A DNA stretch of 64,000 bases from an uncultured Gemmatimonadales bacterium (GCA_963716255.1 OY970303.1:7552001-7616000), one strand, 5' to 3'. Shown: positions 51,991-61,474, numbered from the stretch's first letter. Numbers and translations: made by a program. Notes: generated by a model not told the origin, from the letters alone.

Positions 51991-52183
51991 AGTATCGTTT
52001 GCTACGGAGCCGAAGCCCGACCCCGGCGCCAGCCGGGGGCACGCCCGGACCCTGCTCTTCGACCCGCTTCAACAGGATCCGCGCGACAGATTGCGCGGTG
52101 CGCGGGGAAGCGGTAGCATGCGGCGTCGCGCCTGCAGGACGCCGCGGCTGGACCCCCGTTCTTCGCAACCCGACCCGCAGACC

Positions 52184-53215
52184 ATGACCGCCCAAGACCT
52201 CCTCGCCGTTCCCCCTGCCCGCGCGGCCATCCTCGCGCCCGTGCTGGAGCGCCTCCTGGCCGCGCGCAGCGTGGTGCTCGTCACGCACGTGCACGCCGAC
52301 GGCGACGGGAGCGGGTCGGAGGCGGCGACTGCGGCGTGGCTGGAAGGGCGGGGGATCCGCGCGGCGATCGTGAACCCCACGCCCTTCCCGGACACCTTCC
52401 GCTTCCTCCTGCACCGGCCGGACGTGGTGGCCGACCTGGGGACGGAGGCGGGCGAGGCCGCGCTCGCGGAGGCCGACCTTTTCGTGGTGCTGGACACCAG
52501 CGAGCCGCAGCGGGTGGGCGGCCTGGCGCCGCGCCTGCCGCGGGACCGGACGCTGGTGGTGGACCACCACCCGGCGGGGCGCGAGGTGGTGGGCGACGTG
52601 GCGGTGCAGGACGCCACCGCCGCGGCCACGGGCGAGCTGGTGTACGACCTGGTGCGCCTGGCCGGGGACGAGCTGTCGCCGCAGGCGGCGCTCGGCGCGT
52701 ACGTGGCGCTGGTGAGCGACACCGGCTCCTTCCGCTACGGCAACACCACGCCGCGGGTGCACGCCATCGCCGCGGAGCTGATGGGGCGGGGGATCGACCC
52801 CGAGATGGTGTACCGCCGACTCTTCGCCACGGCGCCGCGGCGGCGCCTGGACCTGCTGCGCGCCGCGCTGGACGAGCTGCACGTGGACGCGGAGGCGGCG
52901 CTCGCCTGGATGGTGGTGGACGGCGCGGTCGCCGCGCGGCTGGGTGCCACCTCGGAGGACTTCGACGGGCTCATCGAGCACGTCCGCTCCATCGAGGGCA
53001 CCGAGGTCGCGCTCCTCTTCCGTGGCACCCCCGAGGGCGAGACCAAGATCTCGTTCCGCTCCAACGGCGAGACGGACGTGAACCGGATCGCGCGGCAGTT
53101 CGGGGGCGGCGGGCACGTCAAGGCGTCGGGCGCGCTGGTGCCGGGAGCGCCCGGAGAGGTGGCGGCGCGGGTGGTGGCCGCGGTGCGGGAGGCGCTGGCG
53201 GGGAGTGCGGCGTGA
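52184..53215 (+). CDS. DHH/DHHA1 phosphoesterase (NrnA-like)
   Basis: HVHADGD, VLDT, VDHH, SDTGSF, KISFRS and FGGGGH. Confidence 0.92.
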   Translation: MTAQDLLAVPPARAAILAPVLERLLAARSVVLVTHVHADGDGSGSEAATAAWLEGRGIRAAIVNPTPFPDTFRFLLHRPDVVADLGTEAGEAALAEADLFVVLDTSEPQRVGGLAPRLPRDRTLVVDHHPAGREVVGDVAVQDATAAATGELVYDLVRLAGDELSPQAALGAYVALVSDTGSFRYGNTTPRVHAIAAELMGRGIDPEMVYRRLFATAPRRRLDLLRAALDELHVDAEAALAWMVVDGAVAARLGATSEDFDGLIEHVRSIEGTEVALLFRGTPEGETKISFRSNGETDVNRIARQFGGGGHVKASGALVPGAPGEVAARVVAAVREALAGSAA

Positions 53216-53421
53216 AGGAGCGTCCGAACCACCGGCGCTACATCGAAGTGCTGCAGAGCATGACGCCCGATCAGCGCCTGAGCAAGGCGTTCGAGCTCTC
53301 CGAGTTCACCCGCGCTCTCTTCGTCCAGGGCCTCCGCGCCCGCCACCCCGAGCTGGGGCCGGAAGAGTTCGCGAAGCTGCTGCGCTCGCGATTGGACAAA
53401 TGTCACAACAGGAACGACTGA
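53212..53421 (+). CDS. Small hypothetical protein (MTPxxRL...GLRARHPE type)
   Basis: GTGA overlap with the upstream gene; 69-aa helical protein. Confidence 0.6.
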   Translation: MKERPNHRRYIEVLQSMTPDQRLSKAFELSEFTRALFVQGLRARHPELGPEEFAKLLRSRLDKCHNRND

Positions 53422-53424
53422 GGG

Positions 53425-53727
53425 TCAGGACTCCGGCCTCAGCCTGTCCTGTGCGACATGGCGGATGTGGAGGATGTGCACTTCGGTCTTCTGGATGGTG
53501 AAGAGAATGCGGTGCGAGCGGTACAGCAGCTGGCGTATCTCCTCTTCGAAGGCGTCATTCTCCGGTGCGCGGGCGCAGCGTTCCGGCATGCGTGAAAGGG
53601 TCTCCAGCACGACGAGCAGGCCCTCGAGCCATGCCTCGGCCGTGAGTGGCGAGTGCTCCTGGATATAGAGATACGCTGCCTCCGCGTCTGCTTCCGCCGG
53701 CGGCTGGATGAGGACGGAGAACCTCAC
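53425..53727 (-). CDS. Type II toxin, RelE/ParE family
   Basis: AEADAEAAYLYI, LSRMPER, IRQLLY, HRILFTI and ILHIRH; GTGA-coupled to the antitoxin. Confidence 0.85.
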   Translation of the reverse strand: MRFSVLIQPPAEADAEAAYLYIQEHSPLTAEAWLEGLLVVLETLSRMPERCARAPENDAFEEEIRQLLYRSHRILFTIQKTEVHILHIRHVAQDRLRPES

Positions 53728-54017
53728 CCGTCGCGTCGCCCCCGGTGGCGCTCTCCGATCGCCCTTAACGCCTCGGCTGCCGGCCGGCCCTCGCCCCGGT
53801 GCATGGAGTCCAGGCCCAGACGGATGCCGACGATGGTCTCGGCTCTCTCCACCACCTCCAGCAGCCGCTCGTAAGACTCGGCGTCCTGCACCACCACCTC
53901 CGCGCGGCCATTCACCGTCAGTACCTCGGGCCTCCCGGTCGCCTTCAGCCGCTCGATGTGCTCCCGCGTCTTCCTCTGGAAGTCCGTCAGGGAGTAGATG
54001 TCCCGTAGCTGGATCAC
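53724..54017 (-). CDS. Type II antitoxin, Phd/YefM family
   Basis: DIYSLTDFQR, PEVLTVNGRAEVVVQDAESYE. Confidence 0.88.
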   Translation of the reverse strand: MIQLRDIYSLTDFQRKTREHIERLKATGRPEVLTVNGRAEVVVQDAESYERLLEVVERAETIVGIRLGLDSMHRGEGRPAAEALRAIGERHRGRRDG

Positions 54018-54108
54018 GGTGCCCGCCTTTCTGGGGATTCGCATGGAATTTCATGTTACCCCTTCGACACGCGGCCGTCAACCCGGCACTCGCGCCCTGA
54101 AGCCGACG

Positions 54109-54148
54109 AAAAACGAAAAGGGCGCTCCGTCGTTCCGGGGCGCCCTCT
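54109..54148 (-). terminator. Intrinsic terminator downstream of speA
   Basis: agggcgctccg/cggggcgccct stem with an A-tract on + (U-tail on -). Confidence 0.65.
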
Positions 54149-54172
54149 TCGCCGACGTCCAGCGGGGGCCGA

Positions 54173-56089
54173 CTACCCCTCGCCCTCCAGGTACGTGTAC
54201 CCGGCGAGCCCGGCGATGTAGTCCGCGATGAACGCGTTCGCCTCCGCGCGGCTGAGGCCCGGAGCCTTCTGCACCTTGCGGCGGAAGGTGGCGATCAGGT
54301 CCTGCGAGTTGAACTGCACGTAGTTCAGCACCTCCGTCACCGTGTCGCCGTGCACCAGGTCGCCGATCTCGTAGCCGCCGTCGGTGAGGCGCACGTGCAC
54401 CGCGTTGGTGTCGCCGAACAGGTTGTGCAGGTCGCCCAGGATCTCCTGGTACGCGCCCGTCAGAAAGATCCCCAGCACGTACGGCTCCTCGTGCCGGAAG
54501 GTGTGCAGCTCCAGGCTGGGCTTCGCCTTCCGCCACCCCACGAAGCGGTCGATCTTGCCGTCCGAGTCGCAGGTCATGTCCTGCAGCGTCCCGCGCCGCG
54601 TGGGCTCCTCGTCCAGCCGGTGCACCGGCATGATGGGGAAGAGCTGGTCGATGGCCCACGAGTCCGGGAGCGACTGGAAGAGCGAGAAGTTGCAGAAGTA
54701 GCGGTCCACCAGGATCGCGCTCAGCTCCGGGAGGATGTCCTCGTACTCCTCCGGGTCCGCCGCCGCCAGGTGCGCCACGCGGTTCATCACCGCCAGGTAC
54801 AGGCGCTCCCCGTGGGCGCGGTCGCGCAGCGTCAGCGTGCCGCTGTTGAAGTGCGTCTGCATCTGCTCCTTCGCGAAGGTGGCATCGTGGTACACCTCGC
54901 GCAGGTTCCGCTCGTCCAGCTCCTTGTACGTCGCCGACAGCTCGTGCACCAGCAGGTGCGCCTCCTCCGGCACCTCCTCCGGCGTTTCCGCGATCTGCGT
55001 CTCCAGGTCGATCACGTTGATCAGCAGCAGGGCGTGGTGCGCCGTCAGCGCCCGCCCCGACTCCGAGATCACGTGCGGCATGGGGACCTCGGCCTCCCGG
55101 CTCGCCTCCGCCAGCGAGTAGATGATGTCGTTGGCGTACTCCTGGATGGAGTAGTTGACGCTGGCGTGCGTGGTGGAGCGCGACCCGTCGTAGTCCACCC
55201 CCAGCCCGCCCCCCACGTCCACGTACTCGATCTCCACCCCCAGCTGCCGCAGCTCCACGTAGAAGCGCGACACCTCCGCCATCCCCAGCTTGACGTTGCG
55301 GATGTCGGGGATCTGCGAGCCTAGGTGGAAGTGGAGCATCCGCAGGATCCCCAGCTTCCCCGCCGCCTCCAGCTTGTCCAGCACCCGCACCAGCTGCGAG
55401 GAGTTGAGGCCGAACTTGCTCTTTTCCCCCGCCGACTCCGACCACTTGCCGGCCCCGGCGGTGGACAGCTTGACCCGCACCCCCGCGGTGGGCTCCACGT
55501 CCATCTCGCGGGCCACCTTGAGGAGGATGTCCACCTCGCTGATCTTTTCCAGGACGATGAGCACCTTGTGCCCCAGCCGCTGGCCCATCAGCGCCAGCCG
55601 CAGGTACTCCTCGTCCTTGTAGCCGTTGCAGACGATCAGGTGGTCCGTGCGCTCCGCGAGCGCCAGCACCGCCATCAGCTCCGGCTTGCTCCCCACCTCC
55701 AGCCCCACCCCGTGCGGCTCCCCGAAGGCCACGATCTCCTCCACCACGTGGCGCTGCTGGTTCACCTTGATGGGGTAGACGGTGGTGTAGCGCCCCGTGT
55801 ACTCGAACTCGCGGATCGCCGTGCGGAAGCGGTCCGTGAGCGTCTCGATGCGCGTGCGCAGGATGTCCGAGAAGCGCAGCAGCACCGGGAGGCCCACCCC
55901 CTGCTGCTCCAGGTCCGTCGCCAGCTCGAAGAGGTCCAGCCCGCGCTCCGTGTCCTTGGTGGGGTGCACCGTGACGTGCCCCTTCGGGTTGATGCCGAAG
56001 TACCCGATCCCCCACCCGTCCACGTTGTACAGCTCGCGGGAGTCCTCGATCGTCCAGTTCGTGCTTATGGCGTCCTCCGTGGTGCCCAT
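54173..56089 (-). CDS. speA: Biosynthetic arginine decarboxylase
   Basis: YPIKVNQ, GLEVGSKPEL, HFHLGSQI, DVGGGLGVDYDG, SESGRA, TCDSDG and GAYQEILG. Confidence 0.96.
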   Translation of the reverse strand: MGTTEDAISTNWTIEDSRELYNVDGWGIGYFGINPKGHVTVHPTKDTERGLDLFELATDLEQQGVGLPVLLRFSDILRTRIETLTDRFRTAIREFEYTGRYTTVYPIKVNQQRHVVEEIVAFGEPHGVGLEVGSKPELMAVLALAERTDHLIVCNGYKDEEYLRLALMGQRLGHKVLIVLEKISEVDILLKVAREMDVEPTAGVRVKLSTAGAGKWSESAGEKSKFGLNSSQLVRVLDKLEAAGKLGILRMLHFHLGSQIPDIRNVKLGMAEVSRFYVELRQLGVEIEYVDVGGGLGVDYDGSRSTTHASVNYSIQEYANDIIYSLAEASREAEVPMPHVISESGRALTAHHALLLINVIDLETQIAETPEEVPEEAHLLVHELSATYKELDERNLREVYHDATFAKEQMQTHFNSGTLTLRDRAHGERLYLAVMNRVAHLAAADPEEYEDILPELSAILVDRYFCNFSLFQSLPDSWAIDQLFPIMPVHRLDEEPTRRGTLQDMTCDSDGKIDRFVGWRKAKPSLELHTFRHEEPYVLGIFLTGAYQEILGDLHNLFGDTNAVHVRLTDGGYEIGDLVHGDTVTEVLNYVQFNSQDLIATFRRKVQKAPGLSRAEANAFIADYIAGLAGYTYLEGEG

Positions 56090-56233
56090 GTTCCCCTCGT
56101 CGGTTGGAGCGGCGACAAAGTTACGGAAATCTCTCCCCGGCGAAAGTAGCGGCGGGCAACGGCTTGATTCGCGCGGCGCCCCGGTGGTAGTTTGCGCCCG
56201 CCCCATCCACCATAACGCGCCGCAACGGTATCC

Positions 56234-57364
56234 ATGTTCTCGTACCGCCGCCCGGACTTCACGCTCCCCCGTTTCGCCGGCGCCCCCGACGTCCGCTGGG
56301 AGGCCGCCCCCGCGGACGGGGTGCTCCCCGAGGGGTTCTTTTCCACCACCAACCTCCCCACCTACGTCCGCGTCGCCGGGGAGTGGAAGCTGCCGCGCGA
56401 GCCCCGCATGGACTCCGCCCTGGTGCTGGACGCCGACGGCGTCCCCCGCGTGCTGGAGGGGCGCTACGTCCGCGGCGGCCAGCCGGTGGCCATGGGCCTC
56501 GCCGAGGACGGCTCCGAGGGGATCTTCGTCCACGCCGCGGGCCTCACCGGCGATCCCGACCCCGGCCCCGAGGGCGAGTTCAAGTTCATGTCCTCCGAAG
56601 TGTCCCGCGAAAAGCCCACCGACTACCAGTCCATGGCCCGCGTGCTGGTGGAGGAAAAGGCCCGCGGCGGCCACGTCATCTGGGTGGTGGGCCCGGCGGT
56701 GCTCCACTCCCGCGGCCGCGACACCCTCGCCTGGTTCGTGGAGAGCGGCTACGTGGGCGTGCTCTTCGGCGGCAACGCCGTCGCCGTGCACGACATCGAG
56801 TCCGCCACCCTGGGCACCACGCTGGGGATGAACAGCCGCGGCATCCCCGTGGAGGGCGGGCACGCCTTCCACATGCGGGCGATCAACCGCGTACGCAAGG
56901 CGGGGTCCATTCCCGCCGCCGTCGAGCAGGGGATCATCGAGCACGGCGTGATGCACGCCTGCGTCACCAGCGGGGTGCCGTTCATCCTCGCCGGCTCCAT
57001 CCGCGACGACGGCCCGCTCCCCGACACCATCACCGACGCCGTCCGCTGCCAGGAGGCCATGAAGGAGCACACGCGGCGCTGCACCGCCGTCATCATGATC
57101 GCCACGGCGCTGCACTCCATCGCCACCGGCAACATGCTCCCCTCCTACGTGTGGCGCGAGGACACCGGCGAGGTGCGGCCGCTCTCCACCATCTGCGTGG
57201 ACTCGTCGGAGTTCGTGGTGTCCAAGCTCAAGGACCGCGGCACCCACCAGGCGTTCGGGGTCATCACCAACGCGCAGGACTTCCTCCACGTGCTGCGATA
57301 TTACGTGGAGGCCGAAGCCGCCGCGTTCGAGGCCGAGCAGGCGTCGTCACAGGGCTCAGCTTGA
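56234..57364 (+). CDS. Protein resembling the ArgZ/AgrE C-terminal region (TIGR00300-like), candidate ornithine cyclodeaminase
   Basis: FMSSEVSREKP, GNAVAVHDIE, LAGSIRDDGPLP, LHSIATGN and VSKLKDRG motifs. Confidence 0.75.
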   Translation: MFSYRRPDFTLPRFAGAPDVRWEAAPADGVLPEGFFSTTNLPTYVRVAGEWKLPREPRMDSALVLDADGVPRVLEGRYVRGGQPVAMGLAEDGSEGIFVHAAGLTGDPDPGPEGEFKFMSSEVSREKPTDYQSMARVLVEEKARGGHVIWVVGPAVLHSRGRDTLAWFVESGYVGVLFGGNAVAVHDIESATLGTTLGMNSRGIPVEGGHAFHMRAINRVRKAGSIPAAVEQGIIEHGVMHACVTSGVPFILAGSIRDDGPLPDTITDAVRCQEAMKEHTRRCTAVIMIATALHSIATGNMLPSYVWREDTGEVRPLSTICVDSSEFVVSKLKDRGTHQAFGVITNAQDFLHVLRYYVEAEAAAFEAEQASSQGSA

Positions 57365-57397
57365 CGAGTTCCTGCCGCTTCGGTGGGTCAGGAGTTG

Positions 57398-57559
57398 GGG
57401 CCGCTCCGGAGCCCGGCGAACCTGCTGCCGGTCTCCTGCGCGGGCTCCGGGAGCCTCGCCAAACAGCCGGCGAGTCTCCCTGCGCCGGAGGGAGCCAGCC
57501 GAAACGGCCCGGCTGTCTCCCTCCGCGACGGATTCGGGGGATACTGCGGAACGGCGAAC
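57398..57559 (+). repeat. Repeat family C, copy 4, followed by a family B block to about 57732
   Basis: Three hairpin units with the shared ends. Confidence 0.85.
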
Positions 57560-57740
57560 GGCGGCCCCCTCCCCCCGGCCCCCTCCCCCGCAAGCGGGAG
57601 AGGGGGAGAAGGGCACTGCACCACCAGTTGGCCCCCTCTCCCAGAATTGGGAGAGGGTGGCGAGCCTCAAGCGAGCCGGGTGAGGGCCGTAGCCGTTGCA
57701 GGCTGTTCCCTGCTCCCTGTTCCCTGTTCCCTGCAGTTCC

Positions 57741-58136
57741 GTGGAGCTGAGCCCTCACCTGGCCGCGGCGCTCGCGGCGGCGGGCGGCACCGTCGACCCG
57801 GAGCGCGTCGACCGGGTGTGGCTGTTCCCGGCGCGGCAGACCGGCGACCGGGAGACGGGGCTCGCGGTGCTCGCCAGCTGGCCCCGGGGCGAACCCGCCT
57901 CCGACCGGCGCGGGGTGTGGACGCTGGAATACCAGGTGGAGCAGCTCGCCGGGGGGAAGTCGCGGCGCACCGATTCGCTCACCGAGCAGGCGGTCGTGCC
58001 GGCGGGAATGGTGGAGCGCGTGATCGAGGGGGTGCTGCGGCGGCTGGGCACCGAAAGCGAGACGCCGCGGATGGAAGAGGTGGGCGGGAGCCCGGAGCGG
58101 TGGGCGGCACTGCTGGCGCAGGGCGGTGCAGCTTGA
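57741..58136 (+). CDS. Hypothetical protein
   Basis: Coding-like GC3 bias; VDRVWLFP...ETGLAVL; start uncertain. Confidence 0.6.
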   Translation: MELSPHLAAALAAAGGTVDPERVDRVWLFPARQTGDRETGLAVLASWPRGEPASDRRGVWTLEYQVEQLAGGKSRRTDSLTEQAVVPAGMVERVIEGVLRRLGTESETPRMEEVGGSPERWAALLAQGGAA

Positions 58137-58162
58137 CTCAGGCCATCGAGAATGATTATTGT
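58133..58162 (+). promoter_or_regulatory. Sigma70-like promoter overlapped by a Fur-box-like site
   Basis: TTGACT-18 nt-TATTGT with CGAGAAT-G-ATTATTG (58147-58161), which resembles TGATAAT-N-ATTATCA. Confidence 0.6.
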
Positions 58163-58205
58163 TTGCGATGGGATTCCGCCTGCTCCCGCACGTGAGGGAC
58201 CGCGC

Positions 58206-58733
58206 ATGAACGACTTTCCGCACATCTCGCCCGCTCCGCGGCAGGAGCTGTCCCCCTACATCCACCTTTTCCGCCGCTACCTTCGCCAGCAGAACCTGCC
58301 GGTGACGCAGCAGCGCGAGGTGGTCGCCGACGTCATCTTCAACTCGTCCGAGCACCTGTCCGTGGAGGACATCGAGGCGCAGCTGCGGACCCGCGGCGAG
58401 CGCATCGGCAAGGCCACCATCTACCGCACCATGGAGATCCTGGTGCGGAGCGGGCTGGTGGTGGAGCACGACTTCGGCGAGGGGTTCAAGCGCTACGAGC
58501 ACCTGTTCGGGCAGCAGCCGGAGCACGAGCACCTCATCTGCACCCACTGCGGCCACGTCACCGAGTTCCAGCGGCCCGAGGTGCACCGCATCGAGGAAGA
58601 GGTCGCCCGGCAGCACGGCTTCCTCCCCACCCGGCACCGCCTGGAGATCTACGGCCTGTGCGCCGGGTGCCAGGCCGCCGGCGTCACGGTGGCGTACCAC
58701 GGCCTCACCTGCCCGGCGCTCGACGTCGCCTGA
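58206..58733 (+). CDS. fur: Fur-family transcriptional regulator
   Basis: TQQREVV, HLSVED, ATIYRT, HEHLICTHCG and YGLCAGC. Confidence 0.88.
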   Translation: MNDFPHISPAPRQELSPYIHLFRRYLRQQNLPVTQQREVVADVIFNSSEHLSVEDIEAQLRTRGERIGKATIYRTMEILVRSGLVVEHDFGEGFKRYEHLFGQQPEHEHLICTHCGHVTEFQRPEVHRIEEEVARQHGFLPTRHRLEIYGLCAGCQAAGVTVAYHGLTCPALDVA

Positions 58734-58748
58734 TCGACGGCGGGGTTC

Positions 58749-58877
58749 GGGCGTGCCCCCGGCTGCGCCGGGGTCGGGCTGTGGCTCGGCAACGGCTGCG
58801 GGAGGGGGAGGCGCAACGGCGCCTCCCCCTCTTCGCTGCAGCGTACTCTGCGAAAGTTGACGCGGCGGCGCCGAGCG
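58749..58877 (-). repeat. Variant of repeat family A (3' module conserved, 5' domain replaced)
   Basis: gggcgtgcccccggctgcgccggggtcgggct retained, then an unrelated domain closed by gctcggc/gccgagc. Confidence 0.7.
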
Positions 58878-58927
58878 CTTCTTTTGCGCGGCGAACGGCA
58901 ACAGTCACTCCGACCGGCAGGCAGCCA

Positions 58928-59857
58928 ATGTCCGACCAGATCCCCGACGCGCTCCGCGACCTCCCCTGGGAGCTCCCCCGCAACTTCCTCGGCCTGGAAG
59001 GCGAGCCGGGGAGCTGGGAAGGCGCGGACGTCGTCGTGCTCCCCATTCCCTACGAGTCCACCGTCTCGTACCAGGGCGGAACCAAGCGGGGCCCCGCCGC
59101 CATCATCGAAGCCTCCCGCTACATCGAGCTGTACGACCAGGAGCTGGACGCCGAGCCGGGTCCCGAGGTGGGCGTGTGCACGCTCCCCGCGCTGCACCTG
59201 ACCTCCGCGGGCCCCGAGGCGGCCGTGGCCGAGCTGCGCCAGGCCTACGACGCCGTCCTGGAAGCGGCCGGCGACCGGCTGGTGATCGGGCTGGGCGGCG
59301 AGCACTCCATCTCCAGCGCCCCCGTGCTGGCCCACGCCGCGCGGCTGCCGGCAGGGCAGCGCCTTTCCGTGCTCCAGTTCGACGCCCACGGCGACCTGCG
59401 CCTGGAGTACGAGGGCTCGCCGTACTCGCACGCCGCGGTCATGGCGCGCTGCATCGACGACGTGAACCTCGTGCAGGTGGGGATCCGCGCCATCACCGCC
59501 GACGAGCGGCAGCTGATCCGCGACCGCAGCATCACCACCCTCTTCGCCGACGAGATGTGGCGCGACGACGCCTGGATCGACCGGGCCATGGCGGCGCTGG
59601 GCGACACGGTGTTCATCACCTTCGACGTGGACTACTTCGACCCGTCGCTGATGCCCGCCACCGGCACCCCCGAGCCGGGCGGCCCCGCGTGGTACCCCAC
59701 CATGCAGCTCCTCCGCCGCGTATTCACCGAGAAGAAGGTGGTGGGGGTGGACGTGGTGGAGCTCGCGCCCATCGGCGGCAACGCCGCGCCGGATTTCGTG
59801 GCCGCCAAGCTGGTGTACAAGATGGTCGGCTACCGCTGGCTCGCGCGCCGGGGATAG
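58928..59857 (+). CDS. speB: Agmatinase
   Basis: GTKRGP, GGEHS, DAHGD, SHA, GIR, DVDYFD and TGTPEPGG. Confidence 0.93.
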   Translation: MSDQIPDALRDLPWELPRNFLGLEGEPGSWEGADVVVLPIPYESTVSYQGGTKRGPAAIIEASRYIELYDQELDAEPGPEVGVCTLPALHLTSAGPEAAVAELRQAYDAVLEAAGDRLVIGLGGEHSISSAPVLAHAARLPAGQRLSVLQFDAHGDLRLEYEGSPYSHAAVMARCIDDVNLVQVGIRAITADERQLIRDRSITTLFADEMWRDDAWIDRAMAALGDTVFITFDVDYFDPSLMPATGTPEPGGPAWYPTMQLLRRVFTEKKVVGVDVVELAPIGGNAAPDFVAAKLVYKMVGYRWLARRG

Positions 59858-59991
59858 CAAGCCGCCCGCACCCTCACGCCACGGGGCGGCACCGGCGGGT
59901 CGGTGCCGCCCCGCTCCGTTTCCGCGGCCGCGGCACGAAACTCCCGGTGGCGCCCCGCCTCGCGAGAAACCGTCGCCGTCCCGGGGCCCCG

Positions 59992-61323
59992 ATGTCCACC
60001 ACGCGTCCGCCCGCATCGTCCGCCCGCCCCTCCACCTTCCGCGCGCTGCGCTCCCGCAACTACCGCCTCTTCTACGGCGGGCAGGGCGTGTCGCTGGTGG
60101 GCACCTGGATCACCCGCGTCGCCACCGGCTGGCTGGTGTACCGGCTCACCGGCTCCGCCGCCATGCTGGGGGTGGTGGGCTTCGCCGGCCAGGTCCCCAC
60201 CTTCCTGCTCGCGCCCTTCGCGGGCGTCTGGGTGGACCGGCTGGACCGGTACCGCGTGCTGGTGGTCACCCAGGTGGTCTCCATGCTCCAGTCGTTCGCG
60301 CTGGCCGCGCTCGCGCTCACCGGGCGCATCGACATCGCCCACGTGATCGCGCTGAGCGCCGTGCAGGGGATCGTCAACGCCTTCGACACCCCCGCGCGGC
60401 AGGCCTTCCTGGTGGAGATGGTGGACGACCGCGAGGACCTGCCCAACGCCATCGCCCTCAACTCGTCCATGGTCAACGGAGCGCGCCTGGTGGGGCCCTC
60501 GGTGGCGGGCGTGGTGATCGCCGCGGCGGGCGAGGCCTGGTGCTTCCTCGCCGACGGAATCAGCTACCTGGCCGTCATCGCCTCGCTCCTCGCCATGCGG
60601 GTGGCGCGCCGCCCCCGCCCGGCCACGGACACGCGGGTGCTGCAGGAGCTGGAGGAAGGCTTCCGCTACGCCTTCGGCTTCGCGCCCATCCGCGCCCTGC
60701 TGCTCCTGCTGGCGCTGGTGAGCCTCACGGGGATGCCGTACACCGTGCTGATGCCCGTCATCGCCACCGGGACGCTGCACGGCGGGCCGCACACCCTGGG
60801 CTTCCTGATGGGCGCGTCGGGCGTGGGAGCCCTCGCCGGGGCGCTCTACCTCGCCTCGCGGCGCAGCGTGCTGGGGCTGGGGCGCGTCATCCCGCTCGCG
60901 GCGGCGCTTTTCGGCGCGGGGCTGGTCGCGTTCGGCCTGTCGCGCTCGCTCGCCCTGTCGCTGGTGCTGATGCTCGCCACGGGGAGCGGCTTCATGGTGC
61001 AGATGGCGTCCAGCAACACGGTGATCCAGACCATCGTGCGCGAGGACATGCGCGGACGGGTGATGGCCTTCTACACCATGGCCTTCATGGGCACCGCGCC
61101 CTTCGGCTCGCTCCTCGCCGGCGTGCTCGCCGAACGCTTCGGCGCCCCGCGGACGCTGATGGCGGGCGGGGTGGCGTGCATCGTGGGCGCGGCGCTCTTC
61201 GCCCGCACCCTGCCGCGGCTCCGGGAGGAGGTTCGGCCCCTGTACGTGGAGCGCGGCATCCTCCCGCCCATCGCCGCCGGGCTGCAGGACGCGGACGGGC
61301 TGCGCAGCAGCGTGGAGCGATAG
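59992..61323 (+). CDS. MFS transporter (MFS_3-like)
   Basis: FRALRSRNYRLF, GVWVDRLDR, PARQAF, NAIALNS and MRGRVM. Confidence 0.92.
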   Translation: MSTTRPPASSARPSTFRALRSRNYRLFYGGQGVSLVGTWITRVATGWLVYRLTGSAAMLGVVGFAGQVPTFLLAPFAGVWVDRLDRYRVLVVTQVVSMLQSFALAALALTGRIDIAHVIALSAVQGIVNAFDTPARQAFLVEMVDDREDLPNAIALNSSMVNGARLVGPSVAGVVIAAAGEAWCFLADGISYLAVIASLLAMRVARRPRPATDTRVLQELEEGFRYAFGFAPIRALLLLLALVSLTGMPYTVLMPVIATGTLHGGPHTLGFLMGASGVGALAGALYLASRRSVLGLGRVIPLAAALFGAGLVAFGLSRSLALSLVLMLATGSGFMVQMASSNTVIQTIVREDMRGRVMAFYTMAFMGTAPFGSLLAGVLAERFGAPRTLMAGGVACIVGAALFARTLPRLREEVRPLYVERGILPPIAAGLQDADGLRSSVER

Positions 61324-61474
61324 CGGGCCGGGGGTGGACCAAACACCCCGTTTCCATTATCTTACATGGCTGTTTCCGAGAGCGGGCACCTCGTGTCGAG
61401 GGGCCCGCGGTTCGTTTGATGCAGCGTCTCCATCTTCACCGAACATCCAGGCCCCCGGGTCCGAGGGATTGAGC

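Larger units (their letters stand above)
50805..52046 (+). repeat. Repeat family A, copy 10, split by an IS (halves 50805-50881 and 51991-52046)
   Basis: Rejoining the halves restores gcaaacg-gtagtat-cgtttgc, identical to the hairpin of copy 6. Confidence 0.93.
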
